Made by a program: the position numbers and the translations under genes
Shown here: one piece after another, positions 48,193 through 56,966 of the stretch
Layout of the letters: each line of letters opens with the position of its first letter
Position numbering within the stretch: position 1 is the first letter of the stretch
Virus record (IMG/VR): IMGVR_UViG_3300032235_001020
Location: 1 to 64,000 of that record
DNA: 64,000 nt
Reading direction: 5' to 3' (one strand)
From: a virus
Notes under the pieces: model-generated
What the model was told of the DNA's origin: nothing
Databases searched by the model: none
Seen by the model: only the letters and a program-made list of their open reading frames with translations

Positions 48193-48482
48193 GAGATGGA
48201 GGGAGTGTGGGCGTTGTCGAGGGCTTCGTAGAAGTAGAAGGCGGATGCCCAGGCTGGGAACTCGGGGTCTTCCGGGAGCGGATAGCCCTCTACGTGTTCC
48301 CAGTCGGACTCATGTATTCCTTCGGGGGAATACCAGCCGCCCTCATCGGCTGTCCAGCCGGCCTGCCAGCGCAGGCGGTGGACGCGGTCGTCATGAGCCA
48401 TGGCCGCTTCCACTTGGGAGAGATGCTCGTACCAGTTGGGGCGGTGTTCGAGTTGGAGCAGGTTGCAGGCAGGGTCGTTCAT
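48189..48482 (-). CDS. Hypothetical protein
   Basis: GW......WYSPEG..E.DW motif. Confidence 0.5.
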   Translation of the reverse strand: MNDPACNLLQLEHRPNWYEHLSQVEAAMAHDDRVHRLRWQAGWTADEGGWYSPEGIHESDWEHVEGYPLPEDPEFPAWASAFYFYEALDNAHTPSIS

Positions 48483-48672
48483 GGGCGGCGCGGCGGAGAG
48501 AGGCGTGGATATTGCGCTCGGATCTGGCCGATCGCTTGCGGCCAAAGGGCACGATGGTGCGCCCGCCATCGGGGTGACGGGCATGCCAGTGCTTGCGGCC
48601 AGGCGTGAGCTGGAAGCCCAGCTCGATCGCATATCTGAGGCAGGGATCTTTGCGGAAGAGTGGATTGGTCAT
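48391..48672 (-). CDS. HicA-like dsRBD-fold protein
   Basis: A..LGF.L..G.KH...RHP.G....VP. Confidence 0.5.
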   Translation of the reverse strand: MTNPLFRKDPCLRYAIELGFQLTPGRKHWHARHPDGGRTIVPFGRKRSARSERNIHASLRRAAHERPCLQPAPTRTPPQLVRASLPSGSGHGS

Positions 48673-49286
48673 GAGTAGTTCATGGCCTTCTCGTCGGTGT
48701 CGTTGAGGGTGACGCCGCGTTCCTTGAGCCAGGGGATCATGCAGGTGACGACGATCTTCTGAGCTTCCATAGGGCGTGGCTTCTCGGCAGTGCCGATCAG
48801 CTTGCAGGTGAGATTGAAGGCACGGGAGGCCTGTTCAATCAGCATCAGCAGGTCGATGTCGATGTTGTGCTCAGCGGCGCGGGCTTCGGCGTTGCGCTTG
48901 CGGACCGTGGCCGGCCTGACGCCGCGATTGGGAATCACGGCTGTGCGATGGGCGACTGCCGTCATGGCCTGCGGGTCGGCGGACTCGAGGGCAGCGAGAT
49001 GGTCAGGATCGGACCAGCCTTCCTCTCGAGCAGGGATCGCAGGATCCGCCAGTTCCGGTTCGTCAAAGTCAAGTTTGAGAACAGAAGCCTTGAGGTCTGT
49101 GTCGAAGGTGAGGCAGCTGTCATCGAAGACGAAGCCCTTCTTGACGATGTCACGGATGGAATCGGGGACGAGTGCTGCGCATTCGCCGCCGTTGGCAAGC
49201 TTCTTGTTGAAGTAGAAGTAGTAGTAGCCGCGGTGCTCAGTCTTAGTGCTGGGCTTGGGGTCTGAGGTGGTGATACGGACGGCCAT
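48669..49286 (-). CDS. Hypothetical protein
   Basis: ATGA-coupled ORF. Confidence 0.6.
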   Translation of the reverse strand: MAVRITTSDPKPSTKTEHRGYYYFYFNKKLANGGECAALVPDSIRDIVKKGFVFDDSCLTFDTDLKASVLKLDFDEPELADPAIPAREEGWSDPDHLAALESADPQAMTAVAHRTAVIPNRGVRPATVRKRNAEARAAEHNIDIDLLMLIEQASRAFNLTCKLIGTAEKPRPMEAQKIVVTCMIPWLKERGVTLNDTDEKAMNYS

Positions 49287-49323
49287 GAGTGGTTGTCTGG
49301 TGTGCGAAAGGAATGGATGGCGG

Positions 49324-49548
49324 TCACCGGGGTGTGACGTCGAAGAAGCGGGAGCCGGGACCGAAGTCACGAACGACCTCTGGCCAGGTGTCGTAGATCT
49401 TGCGGGCGTTGTTGCCGTCCGCTCTTGAGAGAGCAGCGGCCAGGCCGGAGATGAAGCCGCCGCCGTGTAGCCGCATGGCGTCCACGGTGCGGCCCCGATA
49501 GGCGTAGAAGGTCTCGAAGTCGGCGATGGCGATGGAGGTGGTGATCAT
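49324..49548 (-). CDS. Hypothetical phage protein
   Basis: M..HGGGF...LA.A...AD..N..KI..TWPE. Confidence 0.65.
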   Translation of the reverse strand: MITTSIAIADFETFYAYRGRTVDAMRLHGGGFISGLAAALSRADGNNARKIYDTWPEVVRDFGPGSRFFDVTPR

Positions 49549-50114
49549 TTGATGGTCCAGTTAGTGCGTTGAACGATGCGAGCGCCTGCGATCTCTTGGC
49601 CTCCCTTGAGGGCGGCCTTGATCGCGGTCTTGTCGGGGGAGCGGGTGGTCTTGCTTTTGAAGAGGTCGTCAGGGATGAGGTCTTCGTCCTCGATCTCGAC
49701 GGCCTCACTGCGGCGGGAGCGCAGTTCGTGGGTGGGCAGGGAGAAGCGGTTCGCCTCGGGCTGCAAGGTGGTGAGGACCTTGAGCATGTAGTCGGTGAGC
49801 GACTGGGCGCGCTTCTCGTCGGCTGCGGCCAGATCAGCTAGGCGCTGGGACTGGTCCTTGCGGAACTTGGCGACCGCTTGCAGGTGGTCGATGTAGCGGC
49901 AGATGTTGTCGGCCTTGGACTCGAGTAGAGCCGCGGTGTGGGCCTGGGCCTCGAGGTACTGCTCGACCAGGCGGATCGCGGTGTCCTCCTGTTCGGGGTC
50001 ATCTGAGCCGAGGAGCTCAGCGGCAAGAGCCAGTTCGCCGTCGACGTACTGGGCCTGGATGCCAAGGGCGTAGAGAGACTCCGCGCCCTGTGCTCTTGGG
50101 TCAGTAGAGCTCAT
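49545..50114 (-). CDS. Siphovirus Gp157 family protein
   Basis: KADNI...I, V.I.DE..IP..., PDK.AIK.ALK.G.EI.GA.I.....W.IK. Confidence 0.88.
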   Translation of the reverse strand: MSSTDPRAQGAESLYALGIQAQYVDGELALAAELLGSDDPEQEDTAIRLVEQYLEAQAHTAALLESKADNICRYIDHLQAVAKFRKDQSQRLADLAAADEKRAQSLTDYMLKVLTTLQPEANRFSLPTHELRSRRSEAVEIEDEDLIPDDLFKSKTTRSPDKTAIKAALKGGQEIAGARIVQRTNWTIK

Positions 50115-50284
50115 GCTCGTGGCGAGGGCCGACGTAGTGCTGGATGACGAGCGCTTGCGGCCAGGCGGATGGTTGGCCGGTGCGGAGGTGATTGACGTAG
50201 GTGTTGCGCTCGAGCTGGCTGCTGAAGTCACAGCGCCAGCAGAGTGTGGTTTCGGTGTCATAGACGTAGACGGAGTAGCGGTGG

Positions 50285-50497
50285 TCAGTGGTGACGCGGC
50301 ACAGCAGATAGCGCGTTCCGCGCTCGCTTGAGGTGGCGGTCAAAGGACGCCAGTTGCCGCTTGATCGCTTGGACTGAGCGGTGGTCTTGGGACGGGTGGC
50401 CTGCCTTGAGGGCGCGTTGCGCTTCGAGCAGGAGTTCCGCGGTCGCATCACGGAGGCGAACCAGCGGAAGCAGGCGTGAATCGATGGCATCTCGCAT
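50285..50497 (-). CDS. Hypothetical protein
   Basis: Helical ORF downstream of a terminator. Confidence 0.45.
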   Translation of the reverse strand: MRDAIDSRLLPLVRLRDATAELLLEAQRALKAGHPSQDHRSVQAIKRQLASFDRHLKRARNALSAVPRHH

Positions 50498-50537
50498 GCT
50501 GCAAGCCGTAGCTTGCGCATTGTGGCTGGAAAATCCA

Positions 50538-50575
50538 GAAAGGGAAGCCCCGGCAGGCGGATTGCTCGCCGGGGC
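50538..50575 (-). terminator. Intrinsic terminator
   Basis: GCCCCGG...CCGGGGC stem followed by TTCCCTTTC. Confidence 0.65.
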
Positions 50576-50582
50576 GTGGAGA

Positions 50583-50957
50583 TCAGGCCGCGGTGGTGGC
50601 CTTGGCGTCAGCGGTTACGGACTCGGTTGCGGTCTCGGCAGCGGCCAGGCCGTGCTTGACCGCCTTGGTGTAGAGGGTCTTGGTGTAGACCTCCTTGGCC
50701 GAGATCGCGTAGACGCCGGTGGGCGAGGAGACGATCTTGCCGAAGTACAGAGCGCCGGTTTCGGGGCACTCGAACGTGTCGGCAGGGTTGTCCTTGCCGG
50801 CCATCTCGGTGAGGTGGTCGGACTTGAAGCCGGCGTTGATGGCGGTCTCACGGCGAGCCATGCCGCCGTTGCGGTTGGAGACCCAGGCCAGTTCGGCGTG
50901 GGTCCAGTTGCTGCCGGAGTAGAGGCGAGCGGAGATAGGGCCGAGGTTGAGTTCCAT
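50583..50957 (-). CDS. Early hypothetical protein
   Basis: Preceded by CAGCAGTGCAT at 51000-51010 and followed by a terminator. Confidence 0.65.
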   Translation of the reverse strand: MELNLGPISARLYSGSNWTHAELAWVSNRNGGMARRETAINAGFKSDHLTEMAGKDNPADTFECPETGALYFGKIVSSPTGVYAISAKEVYTKTLYTKAVKHGLAAAETATESVTADAKATTAA

Positions 50958-51069
50958 GGTGGGTTGCGAAAGTGATGTGAAACGAAGCAGGCCCCTTACA
51001 TGCACTGCTGTAAGAGGCCACAAAAACAAGCAATTAGAATGCAAGCAACGCAGTACGAGTCGTTCCGCG

Positions 51070-51555
51070 ATGCTTCGCGACATTGGCGCAAAGATCCAGG
51101 GCCTTGATGAGCGCGTGCGCCAGTCATGGGCCGAGCGAGCAATGGATGCCCGCTCCCGGCAATTGCAAGCTTCTTACAATGAGCTGTCGGGGCGGATGGG
51201 TGGCAAGAGCCCTGACGTTGCCAGCGTGAGCGCTGCAATTGCACATCGACTGCAAGGCTCTCCGGAGGATTACAGCAAGGTGCTGCAGAGCCGGGCAAAG
51301 GGCGCCCAGTCGGGCCGGGAGGCTCTGTACCAGCAAGCGGCTGCGGCAGAGAAGCCTGGCCTGGGAGTTCGGCTCAATGACATGCTGTCGGGAACAGATG
51401 CCATGAGCCGTGCTGGTCAGGTGGCGACTTACGGCGCCATTGGCGGCGGCACGGTTGCCGGTCTGACGGCTGCCGGTCAGGGCCTGGTGGCTCTGATGGG
51501 TTACCTGCAGCAAGGGCAGCAGGTCGAGGACGAGCGTCAGGCACCGCTGGCCTGA
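51070..51555 (+). CDS. Ala/Gly-rich putative virion-internal protein
   Basis: TAGAAT at 51035; GLTAAGQGL..LM.Y segment. Confidence 0.6.
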   Translation: MLRDIGAKIQGLDERVRQSWAERAMDARSRQLQASYNELSGRMGGKSPDVASVSAAIAHRLQGSPEDYSKVLQSRAKGAQSGREALYQQAAAAEKPGLGVRLNDMLSGTDAMSRAGQVATYGAIGGGTVAGLTAAGQGLVALMGYLQQGQQVEDERQAPLA

Positions 51556-51556
51556 T

Positions 51557-51697
51557 GTGGAATCACCGCAGCGCTGGGAATGTGAGCTGTGGGTCCGGAT
51601 CAAGGCCGCCTTGGAAGCAGGTGGCCGTACCCGGACGTCCCATTACGTCATGGCGGAAGAAGCAGTCCGCCTTTGCAAGCTGAAAAGCCATGGATAG
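51557..51697 (+). CDS. 46-aa paralog of the 39756-39920 protein (absent from ORF track)
   Basis: MESPQRWECELWVRIKAALEAGGRTRTSHYVMAEEAVRLCKLKSHG. Confidence 0.6.
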   Translation: MESPQRWECELWVRIKAALEAGGRTRTSHYVMAEEAVRLCKLKSHG

Positions 51698-51902
51698 CGA
51701 CTCTCGAGTACCTGCGGGATCTAGGTTTGGACTGGAACCGATGGACATACGCAAGGGCCTAAGTAACGGGTCTTTGAATGGACTGAGGCTGTCCGCTGCG
51801 GTTGGTCCCTTATGGCAAGGGAACCCGATGGCGCCAGAGAACAGTGAGCCGTACTACACGGCAAGTGGTGGATACCAGCCGGAGCAGGCGTACGGGGCCT
51901 AG
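51690..51902 (+). CDS. Hypothetical protein
   Basis: Overlaps the preceding small ORF. Confidence 0.45.
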   Translation: MDSDSRVPAGSRFGLEPMDIRKGLSNGSLNGLRLSAAVGPLWQGNPMAPENSEPYYTASGGYQPEQAYGA

Positions 51903-52090
51903 TCAGTAACAGGCCCCATCAGGCGCCGGAAGTCAGCGGTGAACTGGGCGCAATCGCTGACGGATTCCTCGATGTCGAGGAGGACGCGGGCCTCTGCTGC
52001 GAGGGTGAGGTTGGAGTCGAGCGCCAGGGTGCCGACGATGAAGCGGCGCTCGAGTGATTTGTCGTCGATAAAAAGGTTGGTAGTGGTCAT
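51899..52090 (-). CDS. Hypothetical protein
   Basis: Coupled ORF. Confidence 0.45.
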   Translation of the reverse strand: MTTTNLFIDDKSLERRFIVGTLALDSNLTLAAEARVLLDIEESVSDCAQFTADFRRLMGPVTD

Positions 52091-52284
52091 GAGTGTTCGT
52101 CTTGGTAGCGGATTAGAACGGTGCCGAAATAGCCGCCGAAGTCTTCGTCGATGTCGGGCTTGATGTAGGACAGGAAGCCGTCTTCGGTTGGCTCCTGCTG
52201 CTGTTCTTCGCAGTACTCGAGATAGAGGGCGGGTGTGTAGGTGAGGGTCTGGGTGGCCTGGACCTCGGAGATGTTGAAGGTCAT
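52087..52284 (-). CDS. Acidic hypothetical protein
   Basis: YTP..Y.EYCEE...EPT.DGFL motif. Confidence 0.55.
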   Translation of the reverse strand: MTFNISEVQATQTLTYTPALYLEYCEEQQQEPTEDGFLSYIKPDIDEDFGGYFGTVLIRYQDEHS

Positions 52285-52336
52285 GGGAGATCAGGTGCGG
52301 AGGTGTAGGTGGCGGGGGATTCGTAGTTGTTGGCTA

Positions 52337-52531
52337 TTAGTCTGGGAGTTCAGGGTGATCAGGAGTGTCAGTATCAGTAGAGGATTGTGCGTAGAGGTTG
52401 CCCTTGCCGTCGATGAAGAAGCCAAACCCGAAGCCGCCAGCGGCACGGGACTTGGCGTTGAGCTCGGATAGCAGGCGAAGCATTTGATCCCGGGCGGGAT
52501 CAGCGCCGTCTGCGGGAACGGGCTTGGTCAT
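52337..52531 (-). CDS. Hypothetical protein
   Basis: ATGA coupling to the PcfJ gene. Confidence 0.5.
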   Translation of the reverse strand: MTKPVPADGADPARDQMLRLLSELNAKSRAAGGFGFGFFIDGKGNLYAQSSTDTDTPDHPELPD

Positions 52532-54219
52532 TGGGCGAGTGCCTCGGATTGTTGTTGCAGCGCCTGTTGCATGCCTTGCTGATAGAGCAGGCGTTGGTCG
52601 GCGCTGAGTGATTGGTTGGAGGTGGAGACGACCTGGTCGGTAAGGAGCTGACCGTCGCGGTGGCTGAGCTGGATGGTGAAGGTGGGCTTGCCGTTGACCA
52701 TGCCGAGGACGATGAAGTTCTGGAACTTCTTGATGCGATCGGCATAGGCACCATTACCGACGCAATTGCGTACGGCGGTGCCCCACTCAGCCAGCTGGTG
52801 GACGGAGTTGGGCTGAAAGAAAGAGACGCGGTCATCGCTGAGGGTGACGCGAACGGGCTCGGGGAAAAGATCCTGAGGCAGTGGTGCATCAGGAGTCTTG
52901 AGTTTCCAGAGCCGCTCTTCTAGCTGGCGATTGAGATCAGCAAGGCGCAGGCGCTTGGGCCTGGGTAGCTCACGCACGCCGACCCAGCGCTGCTTTTCGT
53001 CTGACCAGGTCATGCCGTAGGTGATGTATTCAGCAAGTTGATGGTTGAACCTGTGGATGTCTGAGAGCCAGCAGTTGTCATGCTCTTCAGCGGAGCGGCG
53101 CATCCAGTGCACGAAGGTGGCCAGGGGCAGGTGCTCCCTGATCCAGGCGATCACGGGGTTCTCGCCAAAATGCCGGAAGCCGCTCTGGCCGTAGCGCCAG
53201 TTAGCGCGGGTGATGTTGTCGAACGACAGGCGGCGGTTGATCTGTTCGCTGAATGCCCAGAGCGCTTGAAGGTGATCAAGGCTGGCGTCGGGCCAGATCT
53301 CAGTGATGGGCTGGAGGCCTCCACACTGTTGCCTGAGAGCGATCCATTGATTGCGGACTTGGTGAGGCGATGCCACCGGAGCGTCGTACTCGGCGAGTAT
53401 GTCGTTGAGCTTGCCTTGGATCTGGTTGCGGAACCAGGGCGTATCAACGAGGGTGCCTTTGAGGAAGTCGGAGTGGGATGGCACCCAGCCCGCCGGGGCG
53501 TCCGTAATGCGCAGGATGGAGGCCCAGGTGTCCTGGACGCGAGCGAAGGGGCAGGAGCCCTGCTCTGCCCAGGACTTGCTGAGCATGGACTTGGCGTAGC
53601 GGTGGACGCGGTCGCCGGTCTGCTGGATGAACTCGCTGTTGGAGCAAGCGGCGCGACCGTTGTCTTGGCCAACGGTCCAGATGTTGGCGACGTGGAGATA
53701 GCGGGTGTCCGAGGCGACGCTGGCTTCCGTGAAATACCAGCGGCGCACTTTGAAGGTGGAGCGACTGCACTCGAGGATCTCGGCGGCCTCGTCGTCGAAA
53801 GGGTTAGAGCCGGGCGCTCCCTCGTAGAGGAAAAGCCGGTGCGGCAGTGAGGCTGCGCCTGGCCTGGCGGCCCATGCCAGATGTAGTCCCTCGGTGGGAT
53901 CGGCGTAGGCGGCGACCCAGAGTTTACGGCCGTCCCCGGCATTGACATGCCAGACGGCGGCTTTGAAGTTGGCGTCATCATCGAGCCAGTGCTCGTGCTG
54001 ACGAATGGCAGGTGAGTTGTTGATGGTTTGTAGCGCCCGCAGGAAGGCGTCTGCCGGGACGATCTCGGGAGGGATCAGTCCGACCGGCAGGCCAAGCGGG
54101 TAAGCAGGACCCCGTGTGGCCGAGCGCTGGGCAGCGGCCTCGGCCTTAAGTCTGCTACGCAGGGCGGGGTCGTACTTGGCGATGCGCTGCTGGAGATTGG
54201 CGGATACGGTGAATTGCAT
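52528..54219 (-). CDS. PcfJ-domain protein
   Basis: C-terminal QP.S..QL..WG..VRNCVG..Y...I, FTI.L, Q.....N. Confidence 0.75.
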   Translation of the reverse strand: MQFTVSANLQQRIAKYDPALRSRLKAEAAAQRSATRGPAYPLGLPVGLIPPEIVPADAFLRALQTINNSPAIRQHEHWLDDDANFKAAVWHVNAGDGRKLWVAAYADPTEGLHLAWAARPGAASLPHRLFLYEGAPGSNPFDDEAAEILECSRSTFKVRRWYFTEASVASDTRYLHVANIWTVGQDNGRAACSNSEFIQQTGDRVHRYAKSMLSKSWAEQGSCPFARVQDTWASILRITDAPAGWVPSHSDFLKGTLVDTPWFRNQIQGKLNDILAEYDAPVASPHQVRNQWIALRQQCGGLQPITEIWPDASLDHLQALWAFSEQINRRLSFDNITRANWRYGQSGFRHFGENPVIAWIREHLPLATFVHWMRRSAEEHDNCWLSDIHRFNHQLAEYITYGMTWSDEKQRWVGVRELPRPKRLRLADLNRQLEERLWKLKTPDAPLPQDLFPEPVRVTLSDDRVSFFQPNSVHQLAEWGTAVRNCVGNGAYADRIKKFQNFIVLGMVNGKPTFTIQLSHRDGQLLTDQVVSTSNQSLSADQRLLYQQGMQQALQQQSEALAQ

Positions 54220-54267
54220 GGTTCGACGTGGGTTGCGTTACGTGTGTCGTGGCAGGCAGATTGGCAT

Positions 54268-54302
54268 AAAAAGAAGCCCTGCTAGCGGGGTGCTGGCAGG
54301 GC
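54268..54302 (-). terminator. Intrinsic terminator
   Basis: GCCCTGCCAGC-acccc-GCTAGCAGGGC-TTCTTTTT. Confidence 0.8.
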
Positions 54303-54307
54303 GGGAA

Positions 54308-54541
54308 TCAGAAGGCAGGAGCGGGCCATGCGTAGCGCTCTTCGAGGGTGCGCTCGTAGATGGCCTCCAGGACTTCGATGCGTTCGTCGTCGAGTTCATC
54401 GCCGTGGTCTTCGTCGGAGGTGACGATGACCTCGCCGGGGAAGAGCTGCTCGAGGATCAGGCCGATGGGCTCGAGCTGGTCGGGGGTGCCGCGCACGGAG
54501 AGGCGGACGCGGCGATCGGGGCAGTACTGAGTGAGGACCAT
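54308..54541 (-). CDS. Acidic early protein
   Basis: ORF before the terminator. Confidence 0.55.
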   Translation of the reverse strand: MVLTQYCPDRRVRLSVRGTPDQLEPIGLILEQLFPGEVIVTSDEDHGDELDDERIEVLEAIYERTLEERYAWPAPAF

Positions 54542-54576
54542 GTGTTTGTTGAGAATAGTTTGCAGTAAGAGTTGAA

Positions 54577-54861
54577 TCAGGCGGTGAAGCCAGCGACGGC
54601 ACGGGACTTCGCCTTAGGAGCGGCGGTCCGTGCCTTGGGCTTGGCAGTGCTGATGTGCTGCGGGCGTGCGGGCTGGCATTCGATGACCAGGGTCTCGAGC
54701 TGCGGGGGTACGGTGCTTTCCCGTACTGGAGTCCTGGGCTCGGAGAAAAGGTCTTCGATGCCGGGGAAGAAGTTCTTCAGGCCCGGCCAGAGCAGGCGCT
54801 GCCAGAAGACGGTTGCTATTGCTGCGGTCCAGGCCGCGATGGTGATGATGGTGTTGCGCAT
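54577..54861 (-). CDS. TM-anchored early protein with a basic tail
   Basis: Preceded by the variant motif CAGCCGTGCAT (54896-54906). Confidence 0.55.
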   Translation of the reverse strand: MRNTIITIAAWTAAIATVFWQRLLWPGLKNFFPGIEDLFSEPRTPVRESTVPPQLETLVIECQPARPQHISTAKPKARTAAPKAKSRAVAGFTA

Positions 54862-54918
54862 GGTGGTTGCGAAAGAGCGAAGGAAGGGGCGCCCCATGCA
54901 CGGCTGCAGGGGCGCAGT

Positions 54919-54948
54919 AAAAAACCCCACCCGGCAGGCCGAGTGGGG
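54919..54948 (-). terminator. Intrinsic terminator
   Basis: CCCCACTCGG-cctg-CCGGGTGGGG-TTTTTT. Confidence 0.85.
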
Positions 54949-54973
54949 TGTGAGGTGAGATGGGGACTGGCGA

Positions 54974-55138
54974 CTAGCAGCAGAGCCAGATGGGAATCCC
55001 GAGTTGGGTCTGTCCCACCCGTTGACAGCGCATGAGGTCCGGGGACACCCAGGCAGCGACGTGGAAGCAGCTGCTCTGGGCGATGGCAGTCGAGGGGGCT
55101 AGTGCCAGTAGGGCGAGGAGTGGGAAGAGGTAGCGCAT
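54974..55138 (-). CDS. Small signal-peptide-bearing Cys-rich protein
   Basis: MRYLFPLLALLALAPSTAIA signal peptide, four Cys. Confidence 0.55.
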   Translation of the reverse strand: MRYLFPLLALLALAPSTAIAQSSCFHVAAWVSPDLMRCQRVGQTQLGIPIWLCC

Positions 55139-55214
55139 GGGGGCGTAGTCAGTGGAGGAAGAATAGAGCAAAGGAATTTCTTGCGATCAGAAGGTATAAG
55201 AAGTACTGGGGAGC

Positions 55215-55712
55215 TCAGAAGGCGACTTCTTCGCTGGTGGGCTCGGCGTAGGGCTTGAGGGTTTCGGGCTCAGCTACGGGAGCTGAGTTGAGGACCTCGA
55301 TGCGCTGAGCGCGGAGTTGTCTGCGGAAGGCGACGGGGTAGCCGCGTTCGTTGCGGGTGATCTCGCCGTAGACGGTCCAGTAGCCGCTGATGGCGACCCT
55401 GGCCCATTCGGTGGTGTTCGCGATCTGCTGGATTTCAGTCGCGATGGGCACACCGTTGTCGGTGGCGATGATCGAGTCGATGGGCAGGTCGACGCGGATT
55501 TCCTTGCCAGCGCGGTTGTCGCTGGTGGAGTTGGTGAGGATGGCCGAGACGGTGAACTTGCCGCCATCGGGACGGGAGATGTCCTTCACGGCTTTGAGCA
55601 TGCCGACGAGTCGGACCATGCCAGCCGTCTTGGGATCTCCGTTCGAGGTGGCGAGTTGTGCTTCGAGCTCGTTGATGCGAGCTTCGAGGTCGGCCTTGGT
55701 GGCGATTGCCAT
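55215..55712 (-). CDS. OB-fold/SSB-like early protein
   Basis: V.L.G.L, V.ISGY, L.A.RIEVL beta pattern; acidic tail EEVAF. Confidence 0.5.
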   Translation of the reverse strand: MAIATKADLEARINELEAQLATSNGDPKTAGMVRLVGMLKAVKDISRPDGGKFTVSAILTNSTSDNRAGKEIRVDLPIDSIIATDNGVPIATEIQQIANTTEWARVAISGYWTVYGEITRNERGYPVAFRRQLRAQRIEVLNSAPVAEPETLKPYAEPTSEEVAF

Positions 55713-55841
55713 GGGTGGTGCCGGCGGCGCCGGTGCGAAAGAACCACGCCTCATGTCAGGCAGCGTCAATGCACTGCTGAAAGGAGGCAATAAAAAAGCC
55801 CCCACCCGCAAAAGCGAGTGAGGGCATGTGTGTGCTCGAGC

Positions 55842-56114
55842 TCAGAAGGGGCAAACGTCCAGCTCGAGCTGGTGTATTGCCGGCCGATTGAGGTTGGCGA
55901 GCTCCTGGCACCAGGCGATATGCCGGCGCTGGAGATCACCGAGCGGGTGGCCGTCCATGATCTGGTCGATCATGGCGTTGAGGTGCTCGCGTGCGACTTC
56001 GATCTCCTGGGAGATCTCGCCGTGGAGCTTGCGGCCATCGTCGGTGATGGTGACGCCAGCGCGCGCCAGGAGGCGAAGTTGCTGGCTGAGACGGTAGAGC
56101 TTGCCTTCCGTCAT
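55842..56114 (-). CDS. Cassette early protein
   Basis: Lies between repeat units; ends LELDVCPF. Confidence 0.65.
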   Translation of the reverse strand: MTEGKLYRLSQQLRLLARAGVTITDDGRKLHGEISQEIEVAREHLNAMIDQIMDGHPLGDLQRRHIAWCQELANLNRPAIHQLELDVCPF

Positions 56115-56238
56115 GGTGGTAACCGGGGATCCCGGGGCGAAAGAACCACATGCCGTCAGTCAGGTAGCGCGTATGCACTGCTGAAAGAGGGCAATAAAAA
56201 AAGCCCCCACCCCGGGTAAGCGGAGTGAGGGCTGTGGA

Positions 56239-56406
56239 TCAGAGGTGGAGAGGAGGCGCGTCGACTGCGGCCATGTACTCATCGAAGGTGAGTACGTAGG
56301 GGCTGTGGTAGTCGGCCTCCTCTTTGGAGGAGTGGAGTCTTGCGGCCCAGCCGGAGTCGGGATCGGTGGGATCGACGGGCTCGTAGGCGACGAAGAGGTT
56401 GGACAC
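56239..56406 (-). CDS. Cassette acidic 55-aa protein
   Basis: GTG 18 nt after the motif; stop just before the next terminator. Confidence 0.6.
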   Translation of the reverse strand: MSNLFVAYEPVDPTDPDSGWAARLHSSKEEADYHSPYVLTFDEYMAAVDAPPLHL

Positions 56407-56492
56407 CGTAGTTAGGCAGCGCGAATGCACTGCTGAAAGAGGGCAATAAAAAAGCCCCCACCCCGGTAAGCGGAGTGAGGGCGAGGGCGTGG

Positions 56493-56690
56493 TCAGCGGA
56501 AGAGATGTGGTGTCTTGACGGGGTTGATGAGGCCGAGGCCGTAGAGGGCGAAGCCGACTGCGACACCAGCGCCGCCGATGAGGCCATGGGCGCCGAAGAG
56601 TAGATAGCCAATGCCGCCATAGATGAGGCAGCCGAGGGCGAGTCCACCGAGAGAGCCGAGGACGTAGCCGAACCAGATGGGGAGGGTCAC
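56493..56690 (-). CDS. Cassette Gly-rich membrane protein
   Basis: GTG 18 nt after the motif; glycine-zipper TM segments. Confidence 0.6.
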   Translation of the reverse strand: MTLPIWFGYVLGSLGGLALGCLIYGGIGYLLFGAHGLIGGAGVAVGFALYGLGLINPVKTPHLFR

Positions 56691-56786
56691 CGGAGTTAGG
56701 CAGCGCAAATGCACTGCTGTTGGAGGTCAATAGAAAAGCCCCCACCCCGGACAAGCGGAGTGAGGGCTAGGACCCACAAGGAGAAG

Positions 56787-56966
56787 TTAACGAGTTGCCA
56801 GATAGGTCCGGCAGAACTCGAGGTGGGCGGCGTGCTGGTGGACGGGCCAGTTCTGCTGGGCGCATTGAGCGCGGGTGGCGGTGTCGAGTTGAGCGACTGC
56901 GGAGTGGATGCCGGCGATGACGAGGACGGGGGTGGCGATGAAGAAAGCGAGGAGAGCGCGTGTCAT
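56787..56966 (-). CDS. Cassette TM/signal-anchored protein
   Basis: ATG 18 nt after the motif; C...NWP.HQH.AH.EFC..Y. Confidence 0.65.
   Translation of the reverse strand: MTRALLAFFIATPVLVIAGIHSAVAQLDTATRAQCAQQNWPVHQHAAHLEFCRTYLATR

Noticed and set aside
48391-48672. Complete HicAB toxin-antitoxin system
   Set aside because: Only a weak HicA-like fold and no adjacent HicB-like gene
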